From an uncultured Candidatus Saccharibacteria bacterium (GTDB taxonomy: Bacteria > Patescibacteriota > Minisyncoccia > UBA6257 > Colwellbacteraceae): 64,000 nucleotides of DNA. The position numbers were made by a program, and so were the translations under genes. The notes beneath the pieces were generated by a model. The model did not search any database. It had not been told where the DNA came from and was given only the letters and a program-made list of their open reading frames with translations. The stretch covers positions 86,289 through 150,288 of the forward strand of contig CAYHTW010000001.1 in assembly GCA_964360065.1 (NCBI GenBank), given 5' to 3'. This document shows positions 47,289 through 57,283 of this stretch, piece by piece. Position 1 is the stretch's first letter. Every line of letters begins with the position of its first letter.

Positions 47289-48272
47289 GTGACTATGCAG
47301 CAAAACTTTTGGAGAAAATTGAAAAAGCCAATTATGGCTATAGCGCCGATGGCTAATGTCACCGACGCTGCCTTTAGGAAGCTTTTTGCCAAATACGGCA
47401 AGCCTGATGTCTTTTGGACAGAGTTTGTTTCCGTTGAAGGGCTTTTGTCCAGGGGGAAAGACCGCTTATTGGTGGACTTTTGGTACAGCGAAGAAGAACA
47501 CCCGATAGTGGCTCAGATATTTGGAGCCAAGCCGGAACAGTTTGAAAAAGTGGCCGGAATGATAAAAGACTTGGGCTTTGACGGCATTGATATCAATATG
47601 GGCTGCCCCGATAAGGACATTGAAAAATCCGGGGGCGGAGCTGCCCTAGTTAAAAACCCCGAACTGGCTGGAGAAATTATCAGAGCTACGAAACGAGGGG
47701 CTGGAGGACTGCCTGTATCTGTAAAAACCAGAATTGGTTATGCGAAAAATGAAATTAACGAATGGCTCCCTGCCCTACTCCAGGAAGACCTAGATGCTTT
47801 AACGGTGCATCTGCGCACTCGGAATGAAATGTCCGACGTTCCGGCACATTGGGAACTAGCACTCGAAATAAAAGCCCTGCGGGATAAGTATGCGCCTGAG
47901 ACAATTCTGCTCGGCAACGGTGATGTTAGTACACTCGATGAGGCCAAAGTCAGAGTAAAAGAATCTGGTTTTGACGGAGTAATGATTGGCAGAGGCATCT
48001 TCGGCAACCCGTGGTTATTTGCCGACCATATCCTCTCTCTGCAAGAACGGCTTGAGACGATGTGCGAGCATACCAAGTTATTTCAAGAAACATTTAAAAG
48101 TGACAAGGATAGAGAAAACGGCGGCCTGAAGAATTTTGACGTTATGAAGAAACACTTCAAGGCCTATGTAACTGGATTCCATAGTGCTAAAGAACTACGC
48201 ATACTATTAATGGAAGCTAAGAACGCCAGCGAAGTTAGGAAAATCACAGAAGAATTTCTCAAAAACCAGTAG
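47289..48272 (+). CDS. dus: tRNA-dihydrouridine synthase
   Basis: APMA.VTD..FR, DINMGCP, SVKTRIG, H.RT, GNGD, MIGRG..GNPW. Confidence 0.93.
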   Translation: MTMQQNFWRKLKKPIMAIAPMANVTDAAFRKLFAKYGKPDVFWTEFVSVEGLLSRGKDRLLVDFWYSEEEHPIVAQIFGAKPEQFEKVAGMIKDLGFDGIDINMGCPDKDIEKSGGGAALVKNPELAGEIIRATKRGAGGLPVSVKTRIGYAKNEINEWLPALLQEDLDALTVHLRTRNEMSDVPAHWELALEIKALRDKYAPETILLGNGDVSTLDEAKVRVKESGFDGVMIGRGIFGNPWLFADHILSLQERLETMCEHTKLFQETFKSDKDRENGGLKNFDVMKKHFKAYVTGFHSAKELRILLMEAKNASEVRKITEEFLKNQ

Positions 48273-48346
48273 TAATAAACACAGTAACAAAAAACACCCG
48301 CCTTAGGCGGATGTCTCTGGTTTATTCTGAACTCGTGAAGGCGTAC

Positions 48347-50548
48347 TTAGACCATAAGTCTCTTCACGGCGATGGCTATCAAAAGGATGAGCAATGCGAT
48401 GAGAAAAATAGTTAACCCGCTGCCCCAGCCAAAAGCTCCAAAGATGGAAGCGAGGAGGCTAGAACCGCCAACGTTGACATCCAAAGAAGCGAACAACGGA
48501 GTCATAGTGGCGCCGGTAGAATTTGAGTAGTTCAAGGTGCCTGTAGTAGTCACTTTGGTAACTTTGGAAGTATCGACGTCTTTAGACAAGTGGGCGTTCA
48601 GCTTCACTATTTGAATACTGTTGGCCACAATGTTGCCAAGGCTGTAAGTAATGGTATTGCCGCTCTTGTTAAAGACTGATGCAACAGAGCTGTCAAAAAC
48701 TAACGACGAGGCTAAGTTAATCTGGAGACTAGCTTTGTTGATGTCGGTTAAAGCATTAATCTCGGCTGTGATCACAACTGTGTCTCCGGAGTTCAGGGTG
48801 GATTTATCGGCAGTCAGAGTCAATTTAGCCAAACCATTGCCAACGGAAGCAACTTGCACAACCCTTTCAACAATAGTTTGGGTGTTCGTGGTAGAACGGT
48901 TGGCAACGGTTCTTACTAATCCGGACAGGGCCAGGTTCAATTGAGAAAGAGAATTAGATAAACCGCTCAAATCCTGGTTATTAGTAACGACAGTGGTGTT
49001 AGTAACGTTGCCTTGAGTGGTAAAGCTCAAGATGGAACCGTAAGTAATACCGTAACTATTTTGAGCCACTGCTCTGTAGTAGTAAGTGGTGTTTGATGAA
49101 AGGTTGAACACGCTCGCGGAAAAACTATTGGAAGAGTTGCCGGAACCGATGGAAGAACTTGAAGTTGCAAAACCAAAAGATTGAGTAGCCCCGTATTCAA
49201 ACCAAGCGGTTGTCGAAGAATTGTTCGGGTTTATGGAACTATACAATGTAGCGCTCGATGTAGAAACGCCGGAAGAAGAACTTGTGTTCACCAATGGCGC
49301 GCCCCCAAAAACTTGCTGACTTTGAGTTGTAAAGCTCAAAGTCGTTCCCTGGTTTGTACCTAAATTATTTTGCGCAATTGCTCGATAATAATAAGTAGTG
49401 TTTTGATATAAGTTCGTCACGCTGGAACTAAAATTATTAAACACGGTGCCAGAACCGATATTTTGTCTTGAAGTAGAAGAACCGAATGACTGGGTAGTCC
49501 CATATTCAAACCAACCTTCAGTAGAAACGCCCGTGGGATTTACAGACCCAGACAAAGTAGCGCTTGTCGTAGAAACTCCAGACGTAGCTTCTGTGCGAGC
49601 GACGGGAGCTCCACCCTGCTGCTGTTGTTCCGCGACAGTCGTGAAACTTAAGATAGAGCCCCTTACTGTCCCGTAAGAGTTTTGTGCAACTGCCCTGTAG
49701 TAATAAGTTGTATTAGAAGAAAGGCTGGAAGCTGTTGCAGAAAAACTTGTTTGAGAAGTCCCGCCGCCGATAGCAGAAGTAGAAGTAGTTGACCCCAACG
49801 ACTGCGTCTGCCCGTACTCAAACCAGGCGGTTGTAGATGAACTATTGGGGTTCACAGAACCATTCAATGTCACGTTAGATTGGATTAAATTAGTGTAAGA
49901 CGCTGTCGCTATGTAAGGAGCAGAGCCGGAATTGATATTGTTAGTCCCAACTTGAACTCGAATAAGCATATATCCGGAGCCTCCAGCTGGAACGTTACCA
50001 ATGTTAACACCATTAAAAGAGTTCACAACTTCATCTCCAGTCTGACCGGACGGAATACTGGTCCAAACTGAGCTAGAACCGGTGTACCACTTTGCAGAAC
50101 CGTTGATGTAAGTTAACGACTGGCTGCCGATGCCATTCAGAGTAACTGATGTGTTGCCGTTAATCTGACTGGTTCTGTCGCTCGTCACATAACCAGTGAC
50201 GAACAAAGAACCACTAGAAATGGATGTAGGCAGATTTATCTTCAACCTAGTGTTGGTAGCGGTAGCGTCCCCTGTGTTGTGGTAAAAGACGAGAAAGTTC
50301 AAAACATCCCCAGCGTTTACATTAGCACTGTTACTCCAAGCGGAGTTGGTATACGGGCTAGTGGTGGCGTTAACGACTTGTAGTGTCGACCTGTCGCCTG
50401 AGGCTGTATTGAATTGGGCAGCGGCCAAAACCGTAGGGGCTAAGCTAAGCAAAACAGCCGCTCCAAAAGCGATAGCAGAAAACTTATTAATTAAATTCAT
50501 TTTCATTTTATTTATATTTGTTTCTTGTGACTTTTTATCTTCGCTCAC
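48347..50548 (-). CDS. Large Ser/Thr-rich surface protein with three FN3/Ig-like repeats and a C-terminal membrane anchor
   Basis: Signal peptide; three repeats of S(V/I)NP...WFEYG.TQS.G...NTTYYYRA.AQN..G...G..LSFTT; C-terminal TM helix. Confidence 0.8.
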   Translation of the reverse strand: MSEDKKSQETNINKMKMNLINKFSAIAFGAAVLLSLAPTVLAAAQFNTASGDRSTLQVVNATTSPYTNSAWSNSANVNAGDVLNFLVFYHNTGDATATNTRLKINLPTSISSGSLFVTGYVTSDRTSQINGNTSVTLNGIGSQSLTYINGSAKWYTGSSSVWTSIPSGQTGDEVVNSFNGVNIGNVPAGGSGYMLIRVQVGTNNINSGSAPYIATASYTNLIQSNVTLNGSVNPNSSSTTAWFEYGQTQSLGSTTSTSAIGGGTSQTSFSATASSLSSNTTYYYRAVAQNSYGTVRGSILSFTTVAEQQQQGGAPVARTEATSGVSTTSATLSGSVNPTGVSTEGWFEYGTTQSFGSSTSRQNIGSGTVFNNFSSSVTNLYQNTTYYYRAIAQNNLGTNQGTTLSFTTQSQQVFGGAPLVNTSSSSGVSTSSATLYSSINPNNSSTTAWFEYGATQSFGFATSSSSIGSGNSSNSFSASVFNLSSNTTYYYRAVAQNSYGITYGSILSFTTQGNVTNTTVVTNNQDLSGLSNSLSQLNLALSGLVRTVANRSTTNTQTIVERVVQVASVGNGLAKLTLTADKSTLNSGDTVVITAEINALTDINKASLQINLASSLVFDSSVASVFNKSGNTITYSLGNIVANSIQIVKLNAHLSKDVDTSKVTKVTTTGTLNYSNSTGATMTPLFASLDVNVGGSSLLASIFGAFGWGSGLTIFLIALLILLIAIAVKRLMV

Positions 50549-50662
50549 ATTTAAAACTTCTATTTACCCTCCAAGCTATCAAGAAACGATAAAAGTCTTA
50601 AAGATGAGGGCAAACTTGTGCTTGCCCTATCTCTCGTAGGTTAACCTGAGTCATAAATCCGT

Positions 50663-51058
50663 CTAATAAGACGGGTAAGGCTGAGGTCCTATCCCTGAAG
50701 TTGATCCTCCATTGTCGCTGTATGGAACTCCACCAACGGAACCGGAGCCATAAGTCGTACCTGTCTGAGGCGTTGGGTTGCTGTAAGGCGGATGCCCAAT
50801 GTAAGACGGGTTTGGTTGTGGCTGTGGTACAGGTGTAGGCTTCGGTTTCGGCTTTGGCGTTATGACCGCCGCGTGATACTCCCTGCACTTGCAGAGACAG
50901 TCTTGGCTGTAAGACTGAACGACATCAGGCGTTGGCGAGTTAGTGTAGTTATAAAACCACCTATCTACCCCAAAAAGCATAAAAGCGAAGAATACGAGAA
51001 TGATACCTATGCAGGTCATCGTGACGATCTTGCGACCGCCAATTTTAATGTTTTCCAT
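50663..51058 (-). CDS. Hypothetical membrane-anchored proline-rich protein
   Basis: TM helix, CxCxC, PKPKPKP/PQPQP tail; own promoter at 51220-51192. Confidence 0.55.
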   Translation of the reverse strand: MENIKIGGRKIVTMTCIGIILVFFAFMLFGVDRWFYNYTNSPTPDVVQSYSQDCLCKCREYHAAVITPKPKPKPTPVPQPQPNPSYIGHPPYSNPTPQTGTTYGSGSVGGVPYSDNGGSTSGIGPQPYPSY

Positions 51059-51227
51059 AAGAATACATTAAGTGACCTACCTCAAGTACTCCCCGAAATA
51101 GGCCCCATTAATCGAATAAACTAATAAATTCGACCTAAACTAAAATCGGGCCACTTTCAGACGTACCTGATCCGATTTAAAGAACGGGCTGAATATACCA
51201 TATCTTAGCTTTTTTGTCAATATGAGC

Positions 51228-53753
51228 CTAGACAACTAGGTTAATAAGCCTATTAAGAACGAACACTATTTTAGTTATGTTTTTACCTCTGATGTACCTC
51301 TCTACGCTCTGGTCTTTTAGGGCTAAGGCAATCGCTTCTTTTTCTGTTAAGCCAGCGGAAGCCCTGACCTTAGCCCGAAACTTGCCGTTAACTTGTATCA
51401 CTAAATCAAAGTGATCTTCCTTAAACAATTTCTCGTTATATTCTGGCCACTTTTCTTTATGAATAGTTTTTTTGTTTTTTAGCTGACTCCAGAGTTCTTC
51501 GGTGATGTGAGGGGCAAAAGGAGCTAAGAGTTTCAAGAAAGATTCAAATTGCTTTTTAGTAATGGCTCCGGAACGCTTTTCAAAATCATTCAAGAGAATC
51601 ATCAGGGTTGAAATGGCAGTGTTATAACTAAGAGACTCAAGGTCGTCCCCTACTTTTTTAATAGTCTTGTTAACCAGTACATCAAGCTTAGCTTCGGCCT
51701 TAGGGGCGAATTTCTTAGTCTGGCCGATTACCCAGACTCTTTCAAGGAACCTGGTAATACCTTTAACGCCGCTGTCGCTAAAGTCTCCCCCATCTTCAAA
51801 TGGACCAAGAAACATCAAATACATTCTTAAAGCATCAGCGCCAAAGTTTTTAATGTACTCGTCTGGATTAACCACGTTACCCTTTGATTTGGACATTTTA
51901 CTTCCGCCTTTGATGATAAGGCCGTGGGCCCTGAACTTATGGAAAGGTTCCTCAAAATTAGTCAGTTTCATATCTTTAAAAAACATTGCCAAGAAACGAA
52001 CGTAAAGTAAATGTAAGACGGCGTGTTCCGCTCCACCGATGTACATATTCACTGGCAGCCATTTTTTTATTAACGCCTTATCAACGATGAATTTTTGATT
52101 TTTGCCGCCCAATTTTATTGAACGAGCCTCGCCCTTTCGGGGCGGGATTTTTGATTTTTGATTTCCGAGGATAAGGTATCCGAGGTAATACCAAGCAGAA
52201 TCCAGGAAGGTGTCTGATACGTCTGTCTCACGTTTCCCCCAGCTTTTACACTTAGGGCACCTGACTTTGTAGAAAGACTCAACTGAGGCTAATGGAGACT
52301 GATCTGTACCGGTGGGCCTGAAGTTTTTCACATAAGGCAGTTTAACCGGCAAATTCTTTTCGGGCACAATATACCAGCCCGGCATATCTTCCCTTTCGCC
52401 AAAACCCCTGCCCGCACAGGCTTTACAGAAGATCATCGGTATGGGCGGACCCCAATATCTCTGCCTGGAGATAAGCCAATCCCTTAATCTATACTGTGTC
52501 TGTTTTTTAGCGCCAATTTGTTTTACTATCGCGTCTTTAGCATGGTCCGAAAACATCCCATTAAACTTATGGGAATTAATCAAATGTCCGGTGCCGATAT
52601 AAGCCCGCTCATGTTCATTACAAGCTTCGTTATGCTCTTTGGGACAGACAACAACGCGTATGGGAAGCTTAAACTTATGAGCGAACTCAAAATCTCTCTC
52701 ATCGTGAGCAGGTACTGCCATAATAGCTCCTGTGCCAACATTACCCAAAACATAGTCTGATATCCAGACTGGAATTTTTTCTCTGCTCCCGGGATTCACC
52801 GCTGAAACGCCAGAAAAAATCCCCGTCTTTTCGGTTGTATTTTCTCTTTTGGCGGATGACCTGCGCGCTAGAGCACCAGCGACATACTTTTTAACTTTTT
52901 TGTCCGCCTGCCAGCCAATATCAAGCCATAGCTTCGCGCGCTCGGGAGAGATAACCATAAATGTGGCACCGAATATGGTATCGGGGCGCGTAGTGAATAT
53001 TTCTAGCGAATGTTTATCATTCTTCTGCACAGGAATATCAATCAGCGGGAACGTAATTAAAGCGCCTTCCGAACGTCCTATCCAGTTTCTCTGGGCTATT
53101 TTTACTTTTTCAGACCAATCAATTTTATCCAAATTATTAAGCAATCTTTCCGAGTAATCGGTGATCTTGAAAAACCATTGTTCCAAGTCTCTATTGATAA
53201 CTTCGGTACTACAGCGTTCGCACTTGCTGTTAATAACCTGCTCGTCGGCCAATACGGTTTTGCACGATGGGCACCAATTAACCGGAGACTTCTTGCGGTA
53301 AGCCAAACCGCGCTTGAACATTTGAGTGAAGATCCACTGTGTCCACTTATAGTAAGCCGGGTCATAAGTAGCCAGGGCCTCTTTCCAAGCAAACCCGTTG
53401 CCAATAAGTTGGAGCTGACGGTAAAAATTCTTTTGGGAAATCTTAGCTTGTTCGGCTGGGTGACGACCAATTTTAATAGCATAGTTTTCGGAGTGTATTC
53501 CGAAGCCGTCCAAACCGATTGGTTCAAAGACATCGTTACCCTGCATTCGCTTGAAGCGACCATAAATATCCGTACCTGTAAAAGCATACATATTGCCAAC
53601 ATGTAGCCCCTCAGCCGAAGGGTACGGAAACATCATTAGATTATAGAAGGGTTTTTTGCTCCGCCGGCTGGCGGATTTCCAGTCCGGCTCATAGGTTTTT
53701 TCGGCAAGCCATATTTTCTGCCACTTCTTTTCTATCTTAGAAAAAGGATACAT
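51228..53753 (-). CDS. leuS: Leucine--tRNA ligase
   Basis: MFPYPS..LHVGN, FTTRPDT, GTGAIMAVPAHD, SRQRYWG, KMSKS. Confidence 0.97.
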   Translation of the reverse strand: MYPFSKIEKKWQKIWLAEKTYEPDWKSASRRSKKPFYNLMMFPYPSAEGLHVGNMYAFTGTDIYGRFKRMQGNDVFEPIGLDGFGIHSENYAIKIGRHPAEQAKISQKNFYRQLQLIGNGFAWKEALATYDPAYYKWTQWIFTQMFKRGLAYRKKSPVNWCPSCKTVLADEQVINSKCERCSTEVINRDLEQWFFKITDYSERLLNNLDKIDWSEKVKIAQRNWIGRSEGALITFPLIDIPVQKNDKHSLEIFTTRPDTIFGATFMVISPERAKLWLDIGWQADKKVKKYVAGALARRSSAKRENTTEKTGIFSGVSAVNPGSREKIPVWISDYVLGNVGTGAIMAVPAHDERDFEFAHKFKLPIRVVVCPKEHNEACNEHERAYIGTGHLINSHKFNGMFSDHAKDAIVKQIGAKKQTQYRLRDWLISRQRYWGPPIPMIFCKACAGRGFGEREDMPGWYIVPEKNLPVKLPYVKNFRPTGTDQSPLASVESFYKVRCPKCKSWGKRETDVSDTFLDSAWYYLGYLILGNQKSKIPPRKGEARSIKLGGKNQKFIVDKALIKKWLPVNMYIGGAEHAVLHLLYVRFLAMFFKDMKLTNFEEPFHKFRAHGLIIKGGSKMSKSKGNVVNPDEYIKNFGADALRMYLMFLGPFEDGGDFSDSGVKGITRFLERVWVIGQTKKFAPKAEAKLDVLVNKTIKKVGDDLESLSYNTAISTLMILLNDFEKRSGAITKKQFESFLKLLAPFAPHITEELWSQLKNKKTIHKEKWPEYNEKLFKEDHFDLVIQVNGKFRAKVRASAGLTEKEAIALALKDQSVERYIRGKNITKIVFVLNRLINLVV
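52090..52164. repeat. Heptamer repeats (ATTTTTG)n interrupted by two hairpins inside leuS
   Basis: Encodes NQKSKIPPRKGEARSIKLGGKNQKF; CGCCC-TTTCG-GGGCG hairpin. Confidence 0.75.
53660..53675. repeat. Palindrome TCCGCCGGCTGGCGGA inside leuS 5' region
   Basis: Identical to the miaA copy; read as SASRR on the minus strand. Confidence 0.9.
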
Positions 53754-53906
53754 AAAACAATGTTACAGTTTTTGATTTCTAATTGCTAATTGCTCTAATC
53801 GGCTTAATCAAATATAAAATGAAACCGAGGTTAGATTTTGATACTAATCAATTACTTTTATTTTCCATATCACAAAGCGTCGTTCCAAACTTTACACCAT
53901 GAAATC

Positions 53907-54749
53907 TTACATATTAATCTTCAATATTTTTTTGGCGTTGGCGGTGGTTTTTTCCGCTACCGTCTCCGAGGAAAGTTCTAATATTTTTGCTATGGCTCCG
54001 GCTGTATGAACCAGGTACGATGGTTCATTGCGCTTACCCCTGAAAGGAGTCGGCGTCACATAGGGCGCGTCTGTCTCCAGAACAATTTTATCCAAGCCGA
54101 TTTTCTTGATTGATGCGTCGTAGTCTCTTGTAAATGTCGTGACTCCCCCAAAAGAAAAATAAAATCCAAGGTCCATCAATTCGGCGGCGTCCTCCGGAGT
54201 GCCGCTGAAGAAATGAATAATGCCGGGACTGTCGTTAAGTTTGTTTTTATTTTTAACAATACAATCTATTAAATCCCTGAAAGCATTACGGCAGTGAATC
54301 ATCAGGGGTTTCCGGAGCTCAAAGCTCAGATTTATCTGAGCCTCAAAGACTTCCAGCTGTTTATCACGGGTAGCTTCCTCCAGGCGGTAGTAATCCAAAC
54401 CACACTCACCTACCGCCAGGACCTTAGGGTCGCCCCCTAGTTTTTTATAAAAATCATAGTCAAAAAGTTCCCCACGGCTCGTAAAGTCTTTAGCGGCAAC
54501 TCCTTCACCTAACTCCTTGCTGTCGTGGTAAAACTTTTCGGTATGAATGGGATGCAGACCGATTGTGGCGTAAACGCCTTCTTTATAAAGATTCGCTACT
54601 TCTACGGCTTTAGAAGATGTGTCTTGTTGGGTGCCTACATTAACAAGCCAGATGCCGGACTTGAGAGACCTATCAATAACTTCAGCTATATCCGAGTCAT
54701 AGGCGGCGAACTGAACGTGAGTGTGAACGTCTATTAGTTTAGGCTTCAT
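53907..54749 (-). CDS. tatD: TatD family deoxyribonuclease (start at MKPKL)
   Basis: IDVHTH, GLHP, GECGLDY, IHCR, HFFSG, ETDAPY. Confidence 0.93.
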   Translation of the reverse strand: MKPKLIDVHTHVQFAAYDSDIAEVIDRSLKSGIWLVNVGTQQDTSSKAVEVANLYKEGVYATIGLHPIHTEKFYHDSKELGEGVAAKDFTSRGELFDYDFYKKLGGDPKVLAVGECGLDYYRLEEATRDKQLEVFEAQINLSFELRKPLMIHCRNAFRDLIDCIVKNKNKLNDSPGIIHFFSGTPEDAAELMDLGFYFSFGGVTTFTRDYDASIKKIGLDKIVLETDAPYVTPTPFRGKRNEPSYLVHTAGAIAKILELSSETVAEKTTANAKKILKINM

Positions 54750-54772
54750 TAATTTAAGTTTTTTAGACCATA

Positions 54773-56233
54773 CTAGTCTCTGCGAAGGAATAAGGGTTTT
54801 TCCGGGATAGCGTTGCGACTGACCAGATCTTTTATCTTTTCTGAAGTCTCTGGTAAAAAAAGTTCCAAAATAATGGCAATTCTCCATAGGCCCTCAACCA
54901 ACGTGGCTACAACTTTTTTAGCCTCGGCAACATTGTCCTTAACAAGACGAAAAGGTTTTTTTACTCCGATATAAGCGTCCAGATTCTGGATTTCTGACCA
55001 AACCTCATCCAAAGCTCTGTTGTAATCATATTTTTCGAGATGGTCAAAAATGGAAGCAGCCCACTCGCTCTCTAGTATCTCTTCGCGATTAGCGAGATTA
55101 GCAGCGACACCGTAGTCGGAGGACATTTTCATAATACGACTGACTAAATTGCCTAAGCCATTAGCCAGATTAGCGTTGTAAGCTTCCTTGAACTTAGCAA
55201 CGGTGAACTCACTATCTTCAAAAGGATGGATGTGACGGAGTAAAAAGTAACGCAGGGCATCCGTACTGTACTGCTCCACAACTTCATATGGGTCAATGAC
55301 ACTACCAAGGCTCTTAGACATTTTTATGCCACCATCACCGATTACGAAGCCATGAATGATAATCTGCTTAGAGGGTTGAAGTCCTGCCGAGAACAACATC
55401 GCCTGCCACATAACAACTTGCTGTCTCACTTGGTCTTTACCCGCGAACTGAATTACAGGCCAATATCTAGTGAACTTCTCCATATCTTTCGGCCAGCCGA
55501 TAGCAGAAATGTAATTAATAAGTGCGTCGAACCAGACGTACATAACGTGAGCGTCGTCCTCCGGCACAGATATACCCCATGGCATTTTGTCCTTCAGGCG
55601 AGAGATACTGAAATCGTGTAGCCCATCACGCTCTATAAGAGATTTCATTTCGTTAAGCCTAAGGCTTGGCACTACAAAATCAGGACGGTCGGTGTAGAGT
55701 TTAACCAAGTCGTCCTGATATTTGGAAAGTTTAAAAAAATAATTCTCTTCTTCTCTGTTCTCTACTTCCATTTTGGGATGAATCGGACACTTACCGTCAA
55801 TCAATTCCGAATCGGTTTTTTCCAGCTCACAGCCAACGCAATATCTTATTTTGTAGAACTTCTTATAAATGTCGCCTTTCTTTAAGCAAATTCTCCAGAA
55901 CTCCCTGGCAGCTTCTTTGTGGTCGGGGTCGGTAGTGCGGGTAAAAAGATCATAGGAAAAATTGAGTATCTTTTTTAAGGCATCAAAAGTAGCCGCATAT
56001 TCGTCAGCGTAAGCCTGGGGGTCTTGGCCTGCTTCTTGTGCTTTCTTATAAATCTTTTGGCCATGTTCGTCTGTACCAAAGTTTAATATGACGTCGTACC
56101 CCTGAAGTCGCTTATACCTAGCCACCACATCGGCCTGCACAAACTCCAGGGCATGCCCGACATGCGGACGGTCATTAACATACGGCAAGGTCGTCGTCAG
56201 GTAATAGCTCTTTTTAGCGAAGTTGTGATTCAT
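54773..56233 (-). CDS. metG: Methionine--tRNA ligase (short, no C-terminal dimerisation domain)
   Basis: LPYVN..PHVGH, GTDEHG, YVWFDAL, KMSKS. Confidence 0.96.
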   Translation of the reverse strand: MNHNFAKKSYYLTTTLPYVNDRPHVGHALEFVQADVVARYKRLQGYDVILNFGTDEHGQKIYKKAQEAGQDPQAYADEYAATFDALKKILNFSYDLFTRTTDPDHKEAAREFWRICLKKGDIYKKFYKIRYCVGCELEKTDSELIDGKCPIHPKMEVENREEENYFFKLSKYQDDLVKLYTDRPDFVVPSLRLNEMKSLIERDGLHDFSISRLKDKMPWGISVPEDDAHVMYVWFDALINYISAIGWPKDMEKFTRYWPVIQFAGKDQVRQQVVMWQAMLFSAGLQPSKQIIIHGFVIGDGGIKMSKSLGSVIDPYEVVEQYSTDALRYFLLRHIHPFEDSEFTVAKFKEAYNANLANGLGNLVSRIMKMSSDYGVAANLANREEILESEWAASIFDHLEKYDYNRALDEVWSEIQNLDAYIGVKKPFRLVKDNVAEAKKVVATLVEGLWRIAIILELFLPETSEKIKDLVSRNAIPEKPLFLRRD

Positions 56234-56251
56234 ATAGATGATGGTCGCAGA

Positions 56252-57274
56252 CTAGGCGTCTAAGTGGCGGCGGTTCATTTCTTTTTGAGCCACCCAGTCG
56301 TCAACCACTTCACTCGCTACCACCACAGCAGGGACAGCCAAGATCAAACCCACGAAACCAGCCAATTCTACTCCCCCCAAAAGAGCGATAAGGATAACCA
56401 CCGGGTGAACGTCTATGGCCTTCTTCATCATAGTAGGAACTAGAACATGATTTTCCAGTTGTTGAATAACTAAGAATAGAAGCAGTACATAGACACCAGT
56501 AGTAGTTGATTGAGAAAGTCCAACAACAACAGCGACACCGCCCGCAAAGATTGGCCCTACAATCGGAACGAGCTCAAAGATGGCGGCGAATATTCCAAGA
56601 ATTACGGCGTATTTAACTCCGAGTAACCAAAGTCCGGTGAAAACCATAAAACCTACTACGAAAGAAAGAATTAGTTGAGCTTGAAACCAATGGCCGATTT
56701 TTTTCTTGGAACGATAGTAAATACTTAGAACTTTATCTTCCAGGTCTTCTGGAAAAACAGCGCGGATAAATCTGCCCACGCCATCACGGCTAAGCGTGAG
56801 GTAGAAAGCAATTACAAGCGTTGCAAGCAGAGAGGTTATCCCACCGAGCAAACGACCCATTATTCCCAAGAAAGAAGTACTCCCGGCGAAAAGCGCATTG
56901 GATACACTTTCCAGATTACTGTTAATAATATCTGTAAGCTGCTGGGGGATGCCCAAGTTTAAAATCTGACCTACTACGCCGTCTAAATTATTAAAAATCC
57001 CACGAAGCTCAAATAAAGCTATAGGAACAATTGTGTAGATTAGAATGGCAATAGAGAGTAAAAATGCGAGGAAAACAAGAATTGTCCCCAACAATCTGGG
57101 AATACGCCAGCTCTCCAGCTTGATGACCAGGGAGTCAAGCGCTGAAGAGATAAAGATGGCTAGAAAGAGTACTGTAATCGCGTTCAGAGCAAAGTAAAAA
57201 AGGACAGCGAGAGATAACATAAGCAGCACCCTCCACAGAGTGGCCCAAGATATTTCCACGATCAAACGGTTCAT
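56252..57274 (-). CDS. AI-2E family transporter
   Basis: Multi-TM; P.VGP, QQLENH.L.P, G.ILAVP. Confidence 0.88.
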   Translation of the reverse strand: MNRLIVEISWATLWRVLLMLSLAVLFYFALNAITVLFLAIFISSALDSLVIKLESWRIPRLLGTILVFLAFLLSIAILIYTIVPIALFELRGIFNNLDGVVGQILNLGIPQQLTDIINSNLESVSNALFAGSTSFLGIMGRLLGGITSLLATLVIAFYLTLSRDGVGRFIRAVFPEDLEDKVLSIYYRSKKKIGHWFQAQLILSFVVGFMVFTGLWLLGVKYAVILGIFAAIFELVPIVGPIFAGGVAVVVGLSQSTTTGVYVLLLFLVIQQLENHVLVPTMMKKAIDVHPVVILIALLGGVELAGFVGLILAVPAVVVASEVVDDWVAQKEMNRRHLDA

Positions 57275-57283
57275 GGCTTTATA

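Noticed and set aside
48296-48313. CCGCCTTAGGCGG as a member of the TCCGCC family
   Set aside because: It sits between convergent genes beside an A-run and is adequately explained as a terminator.
54750-54887. N-terminal extension of tatD in the ORF track
   Set aside because: It overlaps metG; the family motif starts at MKPKLIDVHTH.
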